32,000 nt of DNA from Propionibacterium ruminifibrarum (GTDB taxonomy: Bacteria > Actinomycetota > Actinomycetes > Propionibacteriales > Propionibacteriaceae), in the NCBI RefSeq assembly GCF_900289195.1, contig NZ_OMOH01000005.1:180001-212000 (forward strand), read 5' to 3'. Made by a program: the position numbers and the translations under genes. The notes beneath the pieces are model-generated. The model was given only the letters and a program-made list of their open reading frames with translations. It was not told the DNA's origin and made no database searches. This document shows, in pieces, positions 1 through 9,421 of this stretch. Position 1 is the first letter of the stretch; each line of letters opens with the position of its first letter.

Positions 1-281
1 CGGCGCCGGTCCGCCTCGTCCTCGCCCGGGAGTGACGAGCGGTCCAGATGGACCAGTTCCGTGTCCTCCTGTCGGTCGCGGTCCTCGCCGTCCGGGGCGT
101 CCCGGGGCCGCCGGCCGAGGATGACCGTCACGGTCCCGCAGATCAGCAGGGTGATGGCGAGGACCGCGTGAAGCGGGTCGTGCCGTTGACTCCAGCTGAA
201 CCCGAGTGCCACACCCATGGCGAGTTCGATGACACCAGTCGCCAGGAGGACAGCTGCACGTGGCGGCGGCAGATGTCTCAT
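1..281 (-). CDS. hypothetical small membrane protein, partial (runs off the window start)
   Basis: Reverse-strand ATG at 281-279 opens a frame with no stop before position 1: MRHLPPPRAAVLLATGVIELAMGVALGFSWSQRHDPLHAVLAITLLICGTVTVILGRRPRDAPDGEDRDRQED... It has two hydrophobic helices, then an acidic tail, and mostly G/C-ending codons. It is absent from the ORF track because no stop lies in the window. The overlapping + ORF 48-449 looks like antisense noise. Confidence 0.35.
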   Translation of the reverse strand, partial: MRHLPPPRAAVLLATGVIELAMGVALGFSWSQRHDPLHAVLAITLLICGTVTVILGRRPRDAPDGEDRDRQEDTELVHLDRSSLPGEDEADRR

Positions 282-467
282 GGCCGCCAGTATGCCCCGG
301 TGCCTCCTGCGGCATCCGGTCGGCCGTGGGCCGTCCGGCTCCCTGGACGTATGCCGAGGGAGAAACCGACACCCACACGTTGTAATTCATTTTTCAATGA
401 AATATGTTTCGTCGGGTCGTTGTGCCCAGTGGTCCCGGCCAACGCATGAGCAGCGGGAGGAAGACCC

Positions 468-1136
468 ATGAAGATCGGTGTCGTGAGCGGCAGCATCCGC
501 GAGGGCCGCGTGGGCGAGTCCATCTCCCGGTGGGTGCTTGCCGGGGCGAGGGCCCATGGCGGAGCCGACTTCGAGCTCATCGACCTGAGGTTCTTCGACC
601 TTCCGCTCTTCACCGATGCACGTATGCCGATGGCCGCGGGGAAGAGATACGACAACCCCGTCGTCCAGGCCTGGAGCAACGCCATCGACAGGTGCCACGG
701 TTTCATCATTGTGACACCCGAGTACAACCACTCCGTGCCGGGCGCCCTGAAGAACGCCGTCGATCACCTGGCGAACGAGTGGGTGGGCAAGCCGGTTGCC
801 TTCATCGGCTATGGCCCCGATGGGGCCGTGCATGCGATCGAGCACTGGCGTCAGATCTTCAGCACCTTCGAGGCCAGGAGCGTCAGTGCTCAGTTGTCAA
901 TCAATTCCCCCGCGGGGACGGGCGGCGGGAACGGATTCGCCCCGGATGAGCACCATGTCGGTGAACTGAACGACCTGCTGGACGTGCTCATCGACAGTGC
1001 CGCCGAGATCCCAGCCGGACACCGGCAATGGCGCATCGGGAACAGGTACGGTCCGTGCCCGCCCGTTGCCTGGTCCACGACCGCCGCGCAGGAGATGCCA
1101 GAACCCGCGCGTCGTCTCACGGGGTGCCGCACTTGA
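468..1136 (+). CDS. NAD(P)H-dependent FMN reductase family oxidoreductase
   Basis: ATG start preceded by GGGAGGAAG. Flavodoxin-like FMN-reductase motifs KIGVVSGSIREGR and IIVTPEYNHSVPGALKNAVD are present. The last ~40 aa look non-conserved, and the 3' end overlaps convergent msrA by 20 nt. Confidence 0.85.
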   Translation: MKIGVVSGSIREGRVGESISRWVLAGARAHGGADFELIDLRFFDLPLFTDARMPMAAGKRYDNPVVQAWSNAIDRCHGFIIVTPEYNHSVPGALKNAVDHLANEWVGKPVAFIGYGPDGAVHAIEHWRQIFSTFEARSVSAQLSINSPAGTGGGNGFAPDEHHVGELNDLLDVLIDSAAEIPAGHRQWRIGNRYGPCPPVAWSTTAAQEMPEPARRLTGCRT

Positions 1137-1752
1137 CACCGGTTGCGTGAACCGGGCAGTAGCCGTACGGGTTCGCCTCGAGGTACTGCTGGTGGTAGTC
1201 CTCTGCGTAGTACCAGTCACCGGCAGGGACGATGTCGGTGACGAGCCTGCCGTAACCCGCTCGGGTCAGTGCCGCCTGGTAGTCCTCGCAGAGCGCCGCC
1301 GCAGTGGCCTCCTGTTCGGGACCGGTGTAGAAGATCGACGAGCGGTACTGGGTGCCGACATCGGCGCCCTGTCTGTTGAGTTGGGTGGGGTCGTGGTTCT
1401 CGAGGAAGATCCTCACGAGCTCGGCGAACGAGGTCACAGCAGGGTCGAAGACGACACGCACGGTCTCGGCGTGCCCGGTCTGGCCGGTGCAGACCTCCTC
1501 GTACGTCGGGTTCGGCGTGAAGCCGCCCATGTAGCCGACGGCGGTGCTCAGCACCCCGGGCCGGCTCCAGTAGAGCTTCTCAACGCCCCAGAAGCAACCG
1601 GCCGCCAGGTAGGCGGTCTGCGATCCGGGGAACTCACGATCGAGCCGGTCCCCCGTGACACGGTGGAAGAACGGCATGGTCAGGACGGGTTTGCTGCGCC
1701 CGGTCAAGGCGTTCTCGGCGTCAACCATGGTGGTTTTCTCGAAACGCAACAT
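1117..1752 (-). CDS. msrA: peptide-methionine (S)-S-oxide reductase MsrA
   Basis: Catalytic GCFWGVEKLYW motif. Long-form N-terminus (ENALTGRSKPV...) parallels E. coli MsrA. 211 aa. Confidence 0.95.
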   Translation of the reverse strand: MLRFEKTTMVDAENALTGRSKPVLTMPFFHRVTGDRLDREFPGSQTAYLAAGCFWGVEKLYWSRPGVLSTAVGYMGGFTPNPTYEEVCTGQTGHAETVRVVFDPAVTSFAELVRIFLENHDPTQLNRQGADVGTQYRSSIFYTGPEQEATAAALCEDYQAALTRAGYGRLVTDIVPAGDWYYAEDYHQQYLEANPYGYCPVHATGVKCGTP

Positions 1753-1805
1753 TGCATCAGCCTAACGCGGCGCTGAAGGCCCCACCCGGGTCCGCGGTCC
1801 GGCCC

Positions 1806-2498
1806 TCAGGCGCGCTCGTTCAGGTCCCAGTCGATCGGCTGCGCCCCGGCGGCGGTCAGGAACTGGTTGGCCCGGCTGAACGGGCGGGAACCGAAGAAGC
1901 CCGAACGGGCGGACAGCGGGCTCGGGTGAGCCGATTCGATCACCGGGATGCCGCCCGCGGTGAGTGCCGGGGCCAGCGACCGGGCGTCGCGGCCCCACAG
2001 GATCGCCACGAGCGGACCGCCGCGGGCGATGAGGGCGTCGATGGCGGCGCCGGTTACCTGCTCCCAGCCCTTGCCGCGGTGGGCGGCGGGCTTGCCGGGC
2101 TGGACCGTCAGGCACCTGTTGAGCAGCAGGACCCCTTGTTCGAACCAGCCGGTCAGGTCGCCGTGCGGGGCCGGCGTGACATCCAGGTCGTCCTGAAGCT
2201 CCTTGTAGATGTTGCCAAGACTCTTCGGCAGCGGCCGCACGGCACGGTCCACCGCGAAACTCAGGCCGATCGGATGACCGGGCGTCGGGTAGGGGTCCTG
2301 GCCGACGATGAGGACGCGCACATCGGCGAGCGGACGGCTGAAGGCGCGCAGCACCTTGTCCCCGGCGGGCAGGTAGCCGCGGCCCGCGGCGATCTCGGAA
2401 CGCAGGAACTCGCCCATGGCGTGGACCTGGTCCTCCTGGTCGGCCAGCGCCTGCGCCCAGTCCGGCGCCATGAGTTCACTGATCGGGTGAACCGTCAT
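1806..2498 (-). CDS. ung: uracil-DNA glycosylase (family 1)
   Basis: Internal ATG at 2498-2496 ([14 protein letters not shown]...) gives 230 aa. Motifs GQDPYP, VLLLN and ESAHPSPLS are present. The upstream extension of the 412-aa ORF overlaps the opposite-strand transporter gene and is low-complexity. Confidence 0.95.
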   Translation of the reverse strand: MTVHPISELMAPDWAQALADQEDQVHAMGEFLRSEIAAGRGYLPAGDKVLRAFSRPLADVRVLIVGQDPYPTPGHPIGLSFAVDRAVRPLPKSLGNIYKELQDDLDVTPAPHGDLTGWFEQGVLLLNRCLTVQPGKPAAHRGKGWEQVTGAAIDALIARGGPLVAILWGRDARSLAPALTAGGIPVIESAHPSPLSARSGFFGSRPFSRANQFLTAAGAQPIDWDLNERA

Positions 2499-2666
2499 GA
2501 TCGAAAGTCTCCTTGCGCGCCCTCGGTACTTCTCCATCCACAGGTTAGCGGCAGCGCGGCACGTCCCGAGACCATGCTGGGAGCACGGCCACGGCATGGG
2601 TGAGTTCCCCGACCCGGCGCTCAGGGTCCCCATTTCCCGCCTGAACCGCATGGCACACTGGCCGAC

Positions 2667-4091
2667 ATGGCAGCTTCGACCAGCGACACCAGTCCTCACC
2701 GCCGCAGGAGCGCGTTCTCGGGCCTCACCATCGGCCGGCGCATCCCGCGCCGGCCCGGCACCCAAGGCGAACGTCAGGAGCAGCCAGATGCCCAGGCCCC
2801 CGACGCGATCACGCTCACCGCAGAGCAGCTCACCGCCCTGCGCGGCGCCAGCGTCGAGAGTTTCGTGCCCCGCCCGCTGCGCATCTTCGCCGCCTGGAGC
2901 TGGCGGCTCCTCCTCGTGGCGGCCTTCATCGCCCTGCTGTGGTGGCTCGGTTCCCGGCTGTCCGAAGTCGTCATCCCGCTGGCCGTCGCCCTGCTCCTCA
3001 CCGCCGCCCTGCACCCGCTCAACGCGCGCCTGGTCCGGCACCACTGGCCCAGATGGCTCGCCGCGCTGAGCTGCCTGCTGCTCGTCGTCGTCATCGTGCT
3101 CGGCCTGCTCAGTCTCGTCGGTGCCCAGATCGCCACCCAGTGGTCACAGCTCGTCGACCAGGCCATCGCCGGGGCGCGCGGTTTCGTGACGTGGCTCGAC
3201 AGCAGCTTCCTGCACATCAATGCGGAACAGGTCAATTCGCTCATCTCGCAGGCCACCGAGTGGGTGCAGAATTCGCGGGAGAGCATCGCCTCGGCCGCCG
3301 CCACCGCCGGTTCCGGCGTCGGAAAATTCCTCGCCGGCGCCGCGATGGCCCTGTTCGCCACCTTCTTCTTCCTCAAGGACGGCCAGCGCTTCGTCGACGC
3401 GGGCGTGAACCTCATGCCGCGGGCGAGCCGTCTCACCGTGATGCCCGCCGTCGTCTCGGGGTGGGCCTCACTGTCCAACTACGTGCGCGCCGCCATCGCC
3501 GTTGCAGCGGTTGACGGCATCGGCGCCGGCATCGGCGCAGCCGTCCTCGGCTCGAACCTGTGGCTGGCCATCACGGCCCTCACCTTCGTCTGCGCCTTCG
3601 TGCCGCTCATCGGCGCCATCGCCTCGGGCGTCGTCGCCGTCGCCGTCACCCTCGTGACCCTCGGCTTCTGGAAGGCCGTCATCATGCTGGCCATCTTCGT
3701 CGCCGTCATGCAGCTCGAATCCCATCTGCTGCAGCCGCTGCTGCTCGGCAGGGCGGTCTCGATCCATCCGCTGACCGTGCTGGTCGGCATAGCAGTGGGC
3801 ATCACGGTGGCCGGGATCGTCGGCGGTGTCTTCGCCATCCCGATCGTCGCCTTCGTGACCGGCGTGCTGCGCAGCGGGCATGCCGGCCGGGAGGCCGACG
3901 AGGATGGCGTGACGTGCGACGAGTCGCCCGATGCCGGCGAGCAGCTCACCGACACGGACGAGGGCCTTGAGGGGCGGGTGGGCGTCGCACTCGGCGACGG
4001 TCCCGAGGTAGTGCCGGCGGATCAGCCCGCCGGCCCTGATGACGGCGGCGAACCGGCCCGGGGGAACGAGCCGTCCCCCGACGTGCCCTGA
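2667..4091 (+). CDS. AI-2E family transporter (PerM/YhhT-like permease)
   Basis: Multi-TM protein with the [10 protein letters not shown] signature region and C-terminal TM bundle typical of the AI-2E family. It has Arg-rich N-terminal and acidic C-terminal cytoplasmic tails. Start codon choice is uncertain. Confidence 0.85.
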   Translation: MAASTSDTSPHRRRSAFSGLTIGRRIPRRPGTQGERQEQPDAQAPDAITLTAEQLTALRGASVESFVPRPLRIFAAWSWRLLLVAAFIALLWWLGSRLSEVVIPLAVALLLTAALHPLNARLVRHHWPRWLAALSCLLLVVVIVLGLLSLVGAQIATQWSQLVDQAIAGARGFVTWLDSSFLHINAEQVNSLISQATEWVQNSRESIASAAATAGSGVGKFLAGAAMALFATFFFLKDGQRFVDAGVNLMPRASRLTVMPAVVSGWASLSNYVRAAIAVAAVDGIGAGIGAAVLGSNLWLAITALTFVCAFVPLIGAIASGVVAVAVTLVTLGFWKAVIMLAIFVAVMQLESHLLQPLLLGRAVSIHPLTVLVGIAVGITVAGIVGGVFAIPIVAFVTGVLRSGHAGREADEDGVTCDESPDAGEQLTDTDEGLEGRVGVALGDGPEVVPADQPAGPDDGGEPARGNEPSPDVP

Positions 4092-4153
4092 GCGGTGTTC
4101 CGTATGCGTGGCGCAACGGTCGGGAACCTGCGGTGACCCCATATATTGACGTC

Positions 4154-5092
4154 ATGAGCGATTCCCCGAAGCTTGACGCGATCCTGTCGGAACTCGCCGG
4201 TGGGGTCATTGACACCGCTGAGGCCTCGCGGCGGATCGCTGCGCTGAGGCAGGGCGGCGACGAGCCGGCGGCCCTGCCCGCCACGGAGGGGCTCGAACCC
4301 ATCCCGGAGCTGACCGGTAGCGGCGGTATGAGGTCGGTCACCATCACCGCCACCGGGCAGCGGGTGCGTGTCATCGGGGACGAGGCGGTCACCACTGTCA
4401 CCATCAGCGGCCCCCACACCGTCCGCCGCACCGCCGACGGACTCGCCATCACAGCCACCGGCCGTCTCGGACCGAGCGTGAAGGGTTTCTCCCCGGTCCA
4501 CCCGCCCAGGACCGCGAGCGACCTCAAACAACTCGGCCTCGGTCCGGCCCTCGAGGTGCGGGTCAACCCGCACATCCAGGTCAACGCCCAGCTGTCGGGC
4601 GGTTCCCTGCGGAGCCAGGACGTTCCGCACTGGGGGCGTGTGCGCGTCAGCGCCGGCGCCACCCGCCTGCGTGGTGTTGCCCAACTCAACGACGGTCTGT
4701 TCCAGGCCGGTTCGGCGACCGTCAACGGCCCCGTCAGTCTGGGGCTGAACACCATCCGCGTCGAGTCGGGCAGCCTGATCGTCGAACTCACCGAGCGTGC
4801 GGACGTCTCACTCAGCGCCACGAACCAGCTCGGTGTCGTGCGCTGGCCCGGCGAGAAGGGCGGGCACTTCGACGAATACGTCGTCGGCCACGGTCTGGCC
4901 CGTCTGGAACTGTCGGGCGTCATGAGCCGCATCGCCATACGCGACCTGGTCGCCTTCCCCGAGGAGGCCGACCGGCCCACCGCCAGTGAACGCGTGCGTG
5001 ACGGGGCCCGTGTCGTCGTCACGAAGATTCGCGACGCCCAGGCCGCGCACACGGACGGCGGACAGGACGCTGCCGGGGCCGAGGAGGAATAG
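4154..5092 (+). CDS. hypothetical beta-strand-rich protein (possibly DUF4097-like beta-solenoid)
   Basis: ATG at 4154 lies 6 nt downstream of TATATT (4142-4147), a leaderless-type arrangement. An alternative GTG start is at 4133. An N-terminal helix (LDAILSELAGGVIDTAEASRRIAAL) is followed by repetitive short strands (VTITATGQRVRVIGDEAVTTVTISGPHTV...). Family assignment is tentative. Confidence 0.6.
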   Translation: MSDSPKLDAILSELAGGVIDTAEASRRIAALRQGGDEPAALPATEGLEPIPELTGSGGMRSVTITATGQRVRVIGDEAVTTVTISGPHTVRRTADGLAITATGRLGPSVKGFSPVHPPRTASDLKQLGLGPALEVRVNPHIQVNAQLSGGSLRSQDVPHWGRVRVSAGATRLRGVAQLNDGLFQAGSATVNGPVSLGLNTIRVESGSLIVELTERADVSLSATNQLGVVRWPGEKGGHFDEYVVGHGLARLELSGVMSRIAIRDLVAFPEEADRPTASERVRDGARVVVTKIRDAQAAHTDGGQDAAGAEEE

Positions 5093-5125
5093 CGCCTTCC
5101 CGCCCCGGCGGCGTGGCTCGTCGCC

Positions 5126-5554
5126 TCAGCCCTTCTTGCGCGCCCGCTTGCCCTTCTGGGGGCCGAGGGCGACCCCCAGAAGACCTCCGGCCAGGGCCAC
5201 GTTGGTGATGAAGGAACTCCTGGTCGAGGCCTTCTTCTCGGCCGGGGCGGACCAGAAGGGGTGCCCCGCCAGGGTCGTCGGCACGAGCTGGGCGGCCAGC
5301 ACGCCCGAGGCGAGCCTGGGCAGCACGCCCAGCGCGAGCGCCGACCCGGCGCCCACCATCGTCCAGCCGTTGACGCGGATCAGGTCGGCCGCCCTCACCT
5401 GGTCGGGAAGCATTCCGGTGACCCGGTGAGGCAGCTTCTCGAGGAAGCGGTCGACCGTCGGGACCAGGGCCTCGGCGTTCTTGGCTGCGTTGTACCCGCC
5501 GGTGACGAATGCCGAGGCGAGCATCGAACGCGATGCGAAGCGGGCGAGTGACAT
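5126..5554 (-). CDS. DoxX family membrane protein
   Basis: ATG at 5554 is preceded by GAAAGGGG; an alternative GTG is at 5575. It is hydrophobic with ...TTLAGHPFW... and a K/R-rich C-terminus. Its position next to greA matches the Mtb Rv1081c-like membrane protein. Confidence 0.7.
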   Translation of the reverse strand: MSLARFASRSMLASAFVTGGYNAAKNAEALVPTVDRFLEKLPHRVTGMLPDQVRAADLIRVNGWTMVGAGSALALGVLPRLASGVLAAQLVPTTLAGHPFWSAPAEKKASTRSSFITNVALAGGLLGVALGPQKGKRARKKG

Positions 5555-5634
5555 GTCAGAGCCCCTTTCTGCCACCCCAAGTGGCGTTCATCGGAGGAAC
5601 TTCTGGTGGTCCTGGGCGGGGTGCTCGGCGCCGG

Positions 5635-6135
5635 TCAGGCGCGCGATTCGATCTTGACGATCGTGACGTGGATTCTCTTGCCGTTGGGAGTCTCGTAGGA
5701 GACGTCGTCGCCGACCCCATGACCGAGCACCGCGGCGCCGAGCGGGGACTGGGGGCTGTAGACCTGGGTGTCCAGCGAGTCGTCCACGCCGAGCATCTCA
5801 CGGCTGCCCAGCAGGAAGACATCCGTGTCATCGGGGTCGCCGTCGTAGGCGACCGTGACGGTGGCGCCGGCGACGACCTCCTCGGGAGCCTCGTGCGCGA
5901 CACCGACCTCGGCGTTCTGCAGCATCTGCTCGAGCTGACGGATGCGGGCCTCCATCTGACCCTGCTCCTCGCGGGCGGCGTGGTAGCCGCCGTTCTCGGA
6001 CAGGTCACCCTCGGCCTTCGCAGCGCCGATCTTCCCCGCGATCTCCGTGCGACCCTCGTCCTTCAGATGGTCGAGTTCATCAGTGAGCTTGTCGTACGCG
6101 TCCTGCGTTATCCAGATCGTCTGCTTGTCAGTCAT
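5635..6135 (-). CDS. greA: transcription elongation factor GreA
   Basis: 166 aa. Coiled-coil tip motif AKAEGDLSENGGYHAAREEQG, with a C-terminal globular domain. Confidence 0.95.
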   Translation of the reverse strand: MTDKQTIWITQDAYDKLTDELDHLKDEGRTEIAGKIGAAKAEGDLSENGGYHAAREEQGQMEARIRQLEQMLQNAEVGVAHEAPEEVVAGATVTVAYDGDPDDTDVFLLGSREMLGVDDSLDTQVYSPQSPLGAAVLGHGVGDDVSYETPNGKRIHVTIVKIESRA

Positions 6136-6204
6136 TTCTTCATTTTACCGAGTGCGTGTCAGCGACCCCGGAGACGCTTCGACTCGTTGCGCGGGGCGTG
6201 CAGA

Positions 6205-7140
6205 ATGAAAGACATGTCAGTGCCGGTCGCTCAATCGAGAGCGGGCGAGAACCTCCGCCTGCTGAACGTGCACGCCCACCCCGACGACGAGTCGAGCAAG
6301 GGCGCTGCGACAACGTTGAAGTACGTCGCCCAGGGGGCGCGGGTCATGGTCGCGACCTGTACCGGCGGCGAACGCGGCAGCGTGCTCAACCCCAAGATGG
6401 ACCGTCCTGAGATCTGGGAGAACCTCACCGAGGTGCGCCGCCACGAGATGGAGACCGCCCGGGAGATTCTGGGAGTGGAACACCGCTCGCTCGGCTACGT
6501 CGATTCCGGCCTGCCCGAGGACCCCACCGAGCAGTTGCCCGACGGGTGCTTCGGCCTGACCGATCCGGTCGAGGCAGCCGCGCCACTCGTGCGGATCATC
6601 CGCTCCTTCCGCCCACAGGTGATGACCACGTACGACGAGAACGGCGGCTACCCTCACCCCGACCACATCCAGTGCCACCGCGTGTCAGTGGCCGCCTTCC
6701 GCATGGCCGCCGATCCCACGGCGCTCCCCGACGCCGGTCCCGCCTGGCAGGTCAGCAAGCTCTACTACCAGGTGGGTTTCCACCGGGCCCGGTTCGCGGC
6801 GCTCGACGACGCGATGGATGAGGCCGGTCTGGGACGCCCGTACGCCGAACGGCTGGCCGGCTGGGACAACCACGACTACGAGTTGCGTGTCACGACGCGC
6901 GTACCGTGCGGCGAGTACTTCGAACGCAGCGACGACGCCCTGCGGGCACACGCCTCGCAAATCGATCCCGACGGATTCTGGTTCGAAGTGCCGATCGAGA
7001 TACGCCGTCGGGCCTGGCCGACCGAGGACTACCAGCTGGTCTACTCGGCCGTGCCGACCCGCATGCCCGAGAGGGACCTGTTCGCAGGTCTGCGGGTCGG
7101 CGAGAAGGCCCCCGACCCGGCGGATACCTGGATCATCTGA
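6205..7140 (+). CDS. mca: mycothiol conjugate amidase Mca (LmbE/MshB-family deacetylase)
   Basis: Motifs VHAHPDDESSKGAAT, TGGERG, TTYDENGGYPHPDHI and RAHASQIDP closely track Mtb Mca as I remember it. greA adjacency matches Rv1080c-Rv1082. The ORF portion upstream of 6205 is antisense to greA. An MshB paralog cannot be fully excluded. Confidence 0.85.
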   Translation: MKDMSVPVAQSRAGENLRLLNVHAHPDDESSKGAATTLKYVAQGARVMVATCTGGERGSVLNPKMDRPEIWENLTEVRRHEMETAREILGVEHRSLGYVDSGLPEDPTEQLPDGCFGLTDPVEAAAPLVRIIRSFRPQVMTTYDENGGYPHPDHIQCHRVSVAAFRMAADPTALPDAGPAWQVSKLYYQVGFHRARFAALDDAMDEAGLGRPYAERLAGWDNHDYELRVTTRVPCGEYFERSDDALRAHASQIDPDGFWFEVPIEIRRRAWPTEDYQLVYSAVPTRMPERDLFAGLRVGEKAPDPADTWII

Positions 7141-7201
7141 GATCCCTGCGGGATCGGATCATCTGAGATCCCTGCGGGATCGGATCATCTGAGATCCCTG
7201 C
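7130..7201. repeat. 26-bp tandem direct repeat, about 2.8 copies, starting inside the last codons and stop of mca
   Basis: Unit GGATCATCTGAGATCCCTGCGGGATC occurs at 7130-7155 and 7156-7181, with a partial third copy at 7182-7201. Each unit contains the hairpin GATCCC-TGC-GGGATC and three GATC sites. Confidence 0.9.
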
Positions 7202-7306
7202 CCGCAGGACCATCCGAGACCCCGCGGGGAAGGACCGTCCGCGTCATAGACACCGTGCGGTTCGGGCGGGCCGAACCGCCGACAGCCCGGGCCCAGTGGC
7301 CGGCCC

Positions 7307-8116
7307 TCACTTGCCGAAACGTCGTTCACGCTGCTGGTAGGAACGCAGGGCCCGGAAGAAGTCGATCTTGCGGAAGTCGGGCCACAGGGCCTCGCAGAAG
7401 TACAGCTCGGAGTGGGCGCTCTGCCAGGGCAGGAAACCGCTGAGACGCTGCTCACCTGAGGTCCTGATGAGCAGGTCCGGGTCGGGCTGGCCGCGGGTGT
7501 AGAGGTGCTCCGAGATCTGGTCGACCTCAAGGGTCTTGGCCAAGTCCCCGAGCGTCGTGCCCCGTTCGGCCTCGGCGGCCAGGAGCGAGCGGACCGCGTC
7601 GCGCAGCTCATGCCTGCCCCCATAGGCCACGGCCATGTTCACCTGGGTTCCGCAGTGACCGGTGCTGGCCTTCTCGGCGGCGTGCAGGCGCTCGGTGATG
7701 GGGCGGGGGAGCAGCGCAAGATCGCCGACGATCATGACACGGTGCCCCGAGTCCGCGGCAAGATCGTCCGTGAGCCGGGTGATGACGTCCATGAGGGGAT
7801 TCAGTTCGTCCTCGGCCGAGCGTTGCAGGTTCTCCGTGGACAGCACCCACAACGTGACCGTGCCGATGCCGATCTCATCGCACCAGCCGACGAAGTCACG
7901 CAGCTTGTCGGCGCCGGCCCGATAGCCGACCTCGAGGGGGCGTCCGGGTGCGTTGAGGCGGGCCCAGCGGCGGTTGCCGTCGGCTAGGACCGCGACATGG
8001 CGGGGGAGCGAGCGCGGGTCGAGGCCGTCCCGCAGGCGGTTCTGGTAGACCGTGTAGATGAGGCCATCAGGGCTGAGGCGGTCCATCACCCTGTTCACCA
8101 TGTTCAGGCGCGCCAT
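7307..8116 (-). CDS. uppS: cis-prenyltransferase (UppS family; Rv1086-like short-chain Z-isoprenyl diphosphate synthase)
   Basis: Motifs DGNRRWA, LSTENLQR and RTSGEQRLSGFLPWQSA. Overall similarity to Mtb Rv1086 and adjacency to a hemolysin-III gene (Rv1085c-like). Product chain length is not determinable from sequence. Confidence 0.9.
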   Translation of the reverse strand: MARLNMVNRVMDRLSPDGLIYTVYQNRLRDGLDPRSLPRHVAVLADGNRRWARLNAPGRPLEVGYRAGADKLRDFVGWCDEIGIGTVTLWVLSTENLQRSAEDELNPLMDVITRLTDDLAADSGHRVMIVGDLALLPRPITERLHAAEKASTGHCGTQVNMAVAYGGRHELRDAVRSLLAAEAERGTTLGDLAKTLEVDQISEHLYTRGQPDPDLLIRTSGEQRLSGFLPWQSAHSELYFCEALWPDFRKIDFFRALRSYQQRERRFGK

Positions 8117-8219
8117 GGGCCAAGACTACAAGCCGGGCCGGTTCCCGGAGCGCCCGAGGAAGGAGTGCCCGGTGGCGGGAGGATTCCCAAACCCATGAAC
8201 CTATGTTACGGTAGGTTAA

Positions 8220-8930
8220 ATGACGTCCCATGGCGAGCAGAGAGTCCCGCTCCGTGGCCCGGGCCATGACGATGCCGGACACGGTGTGCCCGTTTCGCGC
8301 GAGACCAAACCGCGGCTGCGCGGCTGGCTCCACGCCGTCACAGCGCCGCTGCTGCTGCTGGCCGGCCTCACCCTCATCGTCCTGACGCATTCGATGGCCG
8401 GCCGCGTCGGGGAGGCGATCTACCTGCTCACCGGGCTCATGCTCTTCGGCAACTCCGCCGTGTACCACCGCGGGCGCTGGCCGGCGAGGGTCGACGCCGT
8501 GCTGCGCCGGTTCGATCACTCGAACATCGCGATCTTCATCGCAGGCACCTATACGCCCCTGGCCGTCATGCTGCTGCAAGGCGGTTCACGGGTGACGCTG
8601 CTGTCGATCATCTGGGGGTGCGCGGTTCTTGAGGTCGCCTGCCGCAACATGTGGATGGGCGCCCCCCGCATGCTGTACACGGTGCTGTACGTCGTCATGG
8701 GTTGGACGGCCCTGTTCTGGCTGGCGCAGTTCTGGCGGACAGGCGGACCGGCCATCGTCTGGCTCCTGCTGGCCGGTGGCCTGTGCTACACGGCGGGCGC
8801 CGTCTGTTACGCCCTCAAGAGGCCCAACCCATGGCCCGAATGGTTCGGCTTCCACGAGTTCTTCCACGCGGGCACGGTGCTCGGCGCCATGTGCCATCTC
8901 GTGGCGATCTGGATGGCTGCGAACGTCTGA
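8220..8930 (+). CDS. hemolysin III / PAQR family membrane protein
   Basis: Seven-TM-like profile with HSNIAIFIAGTYTP and FHEFFH motifs. Confidence 0.9.
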   Translation: MTSHGEQRVPLRGPGHDDAGHGVPVSRETKPRLRGWLHAVTAPLLLLAGLTLIVLTHSMAGRVGEAIYLLTGLMLFGNSAVYHRGRWPARVDAVLRRFDHSNIAIFIAGTYTPLAVMLLQGGSRVTLLSIIWGCAVLEVACRNMWMGAPRMLYTVLYVVMGWTALFWLAQFWRTGGPAIVWLLLAGGLCYTAGAVCYALKRPNPWPEWFGFHEFFHAGTVLGAMCHLVAIWMAANV

Positions 8931-9094
8931 TCGGCTGTCCTTGCCCGGTGCGTTTCATGTCTGCTGGCTGCGAATCGGGCAGAGGATTTCCCCCGCGCCG
9001 CCACACGCCCGGCCACTCGGGCTAATGTGAATGTGTCCGATGAAATGTGCCCCGGGCAGGAGGGGGCCTCGCGGACAGGACCAGTGAGGGGACG

Positions 9095-9421
9095 ATGTCC
9101 ACCAACGGCGATGAGCCACGCAACACGACCACTGACACGAAGGATGAGGACGAGGCCGTCGACTGGCGGCATCCGACACCCGAGCAGGGCGCGGAGAAGG
9201 TGCCGAACGGGCTCATCTGGAACAATCCCGGATTCATTCCGCAGACGCGCCGTCCCGTGCCAACGCACAAGCTCGACGAGGACCTGGAGCGCCACCTCTC
9301 AGACGACTCCGCTCAGCAGGACGACTTGGACGACGAGATCACCGAGCGCATCTGCCTCGATGAGACGCGGTGGGCAGACCCCGCCGACGAGGTGGAACCC
9401 GACGAGGACATCCTCGACTAG
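9095..9421 (+). CDS. hypothetical acidic protein
   Basis: ATG at 9095 preceded by GAGGGGA. Highly acidic, low-complexity 108-aa product (…DDLDDEITERICLDETRWADPADEVEPDEDILD). Its stop overlaps the xseB stop within CTAG (9418-9421). No recognisable family. Confidence 0.5.
   Translation: MSTNGDEPRNTTTDTKDEDEAVDWRHPTPEQGAEKVPNGLIWNNPGFIPQTRRPVPTHKLDEDLERHLSDDSAQQDDLDDEITERICLDETRWADPADEVEPDEDILD

Noticed and set aside
48-449. 133-aa plus-strand ORF at the window start
   Set aside because: It has no motifs and an odd composition. The opposite strand encodes a more plausible two-TM protein starting at 281.
1117-1136. 20-nt convergent overlap of the FMN reductase and msrA 3' ends, considered as a sign of a mis-called or frameshifted gene
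   Set aside because: No earlier in-frame stop exists in the FMN reductase frame. Short convergent overlaps are common in compact high-GC genomes, so the non-conserved tail is simply noted.
2499-3044. N-terminal 182-aa extension of the 412-aa minus-strand ORF containing ung
   Set aside because: The extension is low-complexity (G/E/Q/R/A-rich) and overlaps the confident AI-2E transporter gene on the other strand. The internal ATG at 2498 gives a canonical-length Ung.
3946-5052. 368-aa minus-strand ORF, plus 220-aa ORF 4022-4684
   Set aside because: Both have Ser/Arg/Pro/Thr-rich, noise-like products and lie antisense to the 4154-5092 gene and the transporter 3' end. Neither has a plausible RBS or recognisable motifs.
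5509-6204. Upstream 232 aa of the 543-aa plus-strand ORF containing mca
   Set aside because: It is entirely antisense to greA and the DoxX gene, and its translation is noise-like. Mca homology begins only at about 6205.
7130-7201. Possible CRISPR array (also considered for 22328-22419)
   Set aside because: Both are head-to-tail tandem repeats with no unique spacers between units, and no cas genes are in the window.
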